Part shown: positions 61,101-64,000 of the stretch, piece after piece
How the letters are laid out: each line of letters opens with the position of its first letter
Numbering within the stretch: the first letter of the stretch is position 1
NCBI GenBank assembly: GCA_036172245.1
Contig: JAYWIR010000002.1
Location: forward strand, 1,798,001-1,862,000
Length of the DNA stretch: 64,000 bases
From: Raillietiella orientalis
Lineage: Eukaryota
Reading direction: 5' to 3'
Notes under the pieces: model-generated
The model's database searches: none
What the model saw: only the letters and a program-made list of their open reading frames with translations
What the model was told of the DNA's origin: nothing
Made by a program: the position numbers and the translations under genes

Positions 61101-64000
61101 CAGTTAGCATTGCTGAACTGCAAGTCACAGGTGTCAGAGCCTCAGTAGTTAAGAAAAGTCACACTGGATGTATTGTTTTTGCTGTTCATGGCCTCATTTT
61201 AATAGATCATTTGCAGACATATGGCTCTGAGTTTCAGTACCTCATCACTAGTAATCCATCTAACAGGTAAAGCATCTTGCAATTGTATGATCTTGCAATT
61301 TGTTTTTGCATATTCATTATTAATAGGGAAGAAGATAGGAGTAAGGATTTCATGCCAAATAGTAAAGCCATGTCATCATCTGCAGTAACTTCTTGTGGCA
61401 GTCAGACACTTTTTGAAGGTGAGATCTAGTAAAGCACAGTTGCCTGCTAGTGAATGGCATTTCATACAGCAGTTTACATGACTTTTCACTTGGCTTTCTT
61501 TTACTGGTTTTCATGTAGAGTTTGGATTCAAGGCGCATTTTATTATAAGATCTTGTTTAACATTATCCACAATCAAGTTTAAGTCAAGTGAATGCAAGCA
61601 ATACATTATGTCCACTGTGTTTATATTCTGACACAAAATGAAACCTTTAGTTATTTCATTAAGCATAATCACGTACTTAGAGTTTGAATATCCTATTGTG
61701 ATTGCTATCATAAAAGTGTAGAATGTAAGTAAAGTTTTATTCCAAGGATACTTTGTAGATTTAATCATGCATATCATTCTGAAGACTACTATCACTTTGG
61801 TGTCGTGTTTCCATTAACGTACATTTTGAAGTGCATTTTAATCAGTTTGATCTGAAATTCATAGTTTGGTATCAGTTTGCTTAATTGTTATCTTCAACTT
61901 CAATTTATGCTATTTTTATACTTCAAGTCTATTTCATGATTATAAGTTGGGGACTATTAAATGTTGATTTTTTTTTTAATTTAGAGATGCTGCTGATTCA
62001 TTATCACATTAGGTTCTTCAAATTTAGGATAAAAATTGGGGTGTTTTTTAAAGCGTTACAGCAGTGAAATGAACACTTAAAACGAAATTTCCATTTCATA
62101 TCATGGGGCTGCAAAGGGGATTACTAGATTTGTAATCATTCATAACAGTTTGACTTGTAATTAATTTTCATTCAGACACAAGTATGCAATTGTGTTTTAT
62201 ATTTTCTTGCATGAAGGAATTACTATAATTGCTGTTTCTCATGAAAAACAAGAAAATATGTGATGTGGTATTTCTTTCCAGCATTTAAAAGTAAACCAGT
62301 CTCCCCTATCCTCAGTCATTCCTCAGGTCTTGAGGTCTATCTGCATGATTACGATCCTAATGCCTTATTTGTTGTGGAATTGAATTGGAAGAGAGAGGAA
62401 GATTCTATTAAAGACACCTATAAAAATTATATTTCAGGAAACATTCAGTTTAACTGTCTTAATATTACAGGTAAAAAGCATATGTTTGTTAACGCTTCTT
62501 TCATTTCTTGTAATTATTGTAATCTTTTGTTGCATATTTGTTATCTCTACATGATTTTATAAATTGAGGAATATCTAATTTTATGCATCTCTATTCAGCC
62601 AATCAAGAAACTGTAGTGGAAATAATAGGTTTTGTCCAGCATATTATGTCGATTTCTTCTGATAGAAACCAAAAAGACGAAATCTTCAGTGTGAATAAAG
62701 GTATGAGCATCCCTGTTGAAAAATATCATTCATGATGAATTTTTTTTTTCTGTAATTATAATTTAATACATAAAACTGAAAGTGGTTTTGCGATCCCAAA
62801 TTTCTAAAATTGCCTTGATTGCAGATGACTTAAATGCAGTTCATGAAGAATTTAATCCAGATGTGTTTTTAAGCCTTTGCAGAATCAAACTTTGTTTTGA
62901 TTTCAACAGATTGAATTTGACACTTTTACGAGCAATATCAGTATGTGATCTAGTTCAGGGAAGAACTATTTGCAGTGCTTCTTTAACTGGTGCTCAAATT
63001 CAGACTGACTTCGGTAAGCGTATTTCAGTTTCCGTATAACCGATTCGTTCACTGTTTAGTCTCAAGTTCAGACTTCATAATTGAAGGATCTTTGGGAGGA
63101 TTGCATATCACTGATTTAACTAGTGCCTACACACAGAACCCGTTGATTCTTGGTGTTGGCCATGAACTTGAGAACAAATTCAAAGCCAGTGTACCTGAAA
63201 TCAGTGAAAAACAGTGCATTGATACCAACAATGCTTTTAATTTTACACTTCGCCATCATACAGAGGATAAATGCATAAAGATGCATATGGCATCAGTTCT
63301 ATATAAGCATTCACCATGTTTCATCAAAGAATTGCATTCATGTGCAGAAGAATTTAAGCATTATTTTCTTATAGTTGCTCAAACTGTTGGTGCAGCTGCT
63401 TCAGAACTTGCACGAGGTCTTGTTCAGAAGTACTACATCCATGCCAATAATTCAAAAGATTTTGATGATAATTCTGAAATCTACTTCCACAGTTCGACTT
63501 TTGATGTCCCACCAAATTCAGAAAATGCTTCGAAATTTCGTCTTGAAATTGACTTAGATACCCCTGTAATTGTATTGCCATCCTCATTATCAGAGTCTGA
63601 TGTGCTAGTTGCTCATCTTGGCAAAGTGAATGTGTGTTACGGCTGTGGTGATTTAGAATTGGGATTTGAACAACCACTGTGGAAGATTCGAATTACGAAT
63701 ATGGCATTATATAATTTCGGAAGGTATGAGTTGTCAGCAGGAATGAGTTTTGTGCAACTTCAAGAAAACTTTTGTATGCAAGACTTGGGAAGACCAATTT
63801 TACATGACACTTCCCTAGATTTGATGGTTAAGAATGCTAATGACATAGGTACGGTTCTTATAGAAAATGTGGGCGCTGATCGAGCGAATTTTATCAAACT
63901 GGAAGGAAAGGTGGTACATCCATTACAGGTGTCATTGAGCCATCATCAGTTTAAGCTAATCGTTGATGTTTTCAATAATATACTTCGTTCTTCCGAGATT
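55137..64000 (+). CDS. VPS13D: Vacuolar protein sorting-associated protein 13D (bridge-like lipid transfer protein), 5' part; continues beyond window
   Basis: Chorein_N start [47 protein letters not shown] matches the recalled VPS13D N-terminus; later motifs [52 protein letters not shown]. Exons 55137-55233, 55564-55754, 55803-55970, 57230-57472, 58089-58256, 58375-59291, 59743-59965, 60019-60172, 60221-60353, 60405-60540, 60586-60734, 60779-60941, 61088-61266, 61327-61418, 62282-62470, 62599-62700, 62825-63013, 63060->64000. Phases are consistent if one donor is GC. Confidence 0.93.

Noticed and set aside
1..64000. CRISPR arrays, prokaryotic operons, rRNA/tRNA genes, intact transposase or reverse transcriptase genes
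   Set aside because: None seen. The window is intron-containing animal DNA with no regularly spaced repeats or recognisable RNA-gene or TE-protein motifs.
8363..64000. TNKS-OAT-Actbeta-VPS13D as a functional gene cluster
   Set aside because: The genes act in unrelated pathways and nothing in the sequence indicates co-regulation beyond the head-to-head layout of TNKS and OAT.

Overview
Eukaryotic (invertebrate, most likely arthropod-like) genomic DNA with spliceosomal introns. I reconstructed four protein-coding genes exon by exon with consistent intron phases. (1) Tankyrase: minus strand, 17 coding exons, 8363-18090, ~1148 aa, ANK repeats-SAM-PARP. (2) Ornithine aminotransferase: plus strand, 7 exons, 22313-27739, ~430 aa, head-to-head with tankyrase. 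(3) An activin-beta/inhibin-beta TGF-beta ligand: plus strand, 3 exons, 31728-48146, ~439 aa; its middle exon 45077-45288 is absent from the ORF track. (4) The 5' part of VPS13D: plus strand, 55137 to beyond the window end. Composition is strongly mosaic: the housekeeping genes are AT-rich and CpG-poor, while ~27.9-53.5 kb around the activin gene is very GC/CpG-rich, which explains most spurious ORFs in the track. I found no clearly novel multi-gene system. The best unexplained signals are a duplicated ~170-bp element whose hairpin is preserved by G-U-compatible substitutions, several pre-miRNA-sized hairpins, a decayed ~1.9-kb minus-strand reading frame between tankyrase and OAT, and a possible degenerate copy of the activin prodomain inside activin intron 1, next to a hairpin cluster. 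Family assignments rest on recalled motifs, not database searches.
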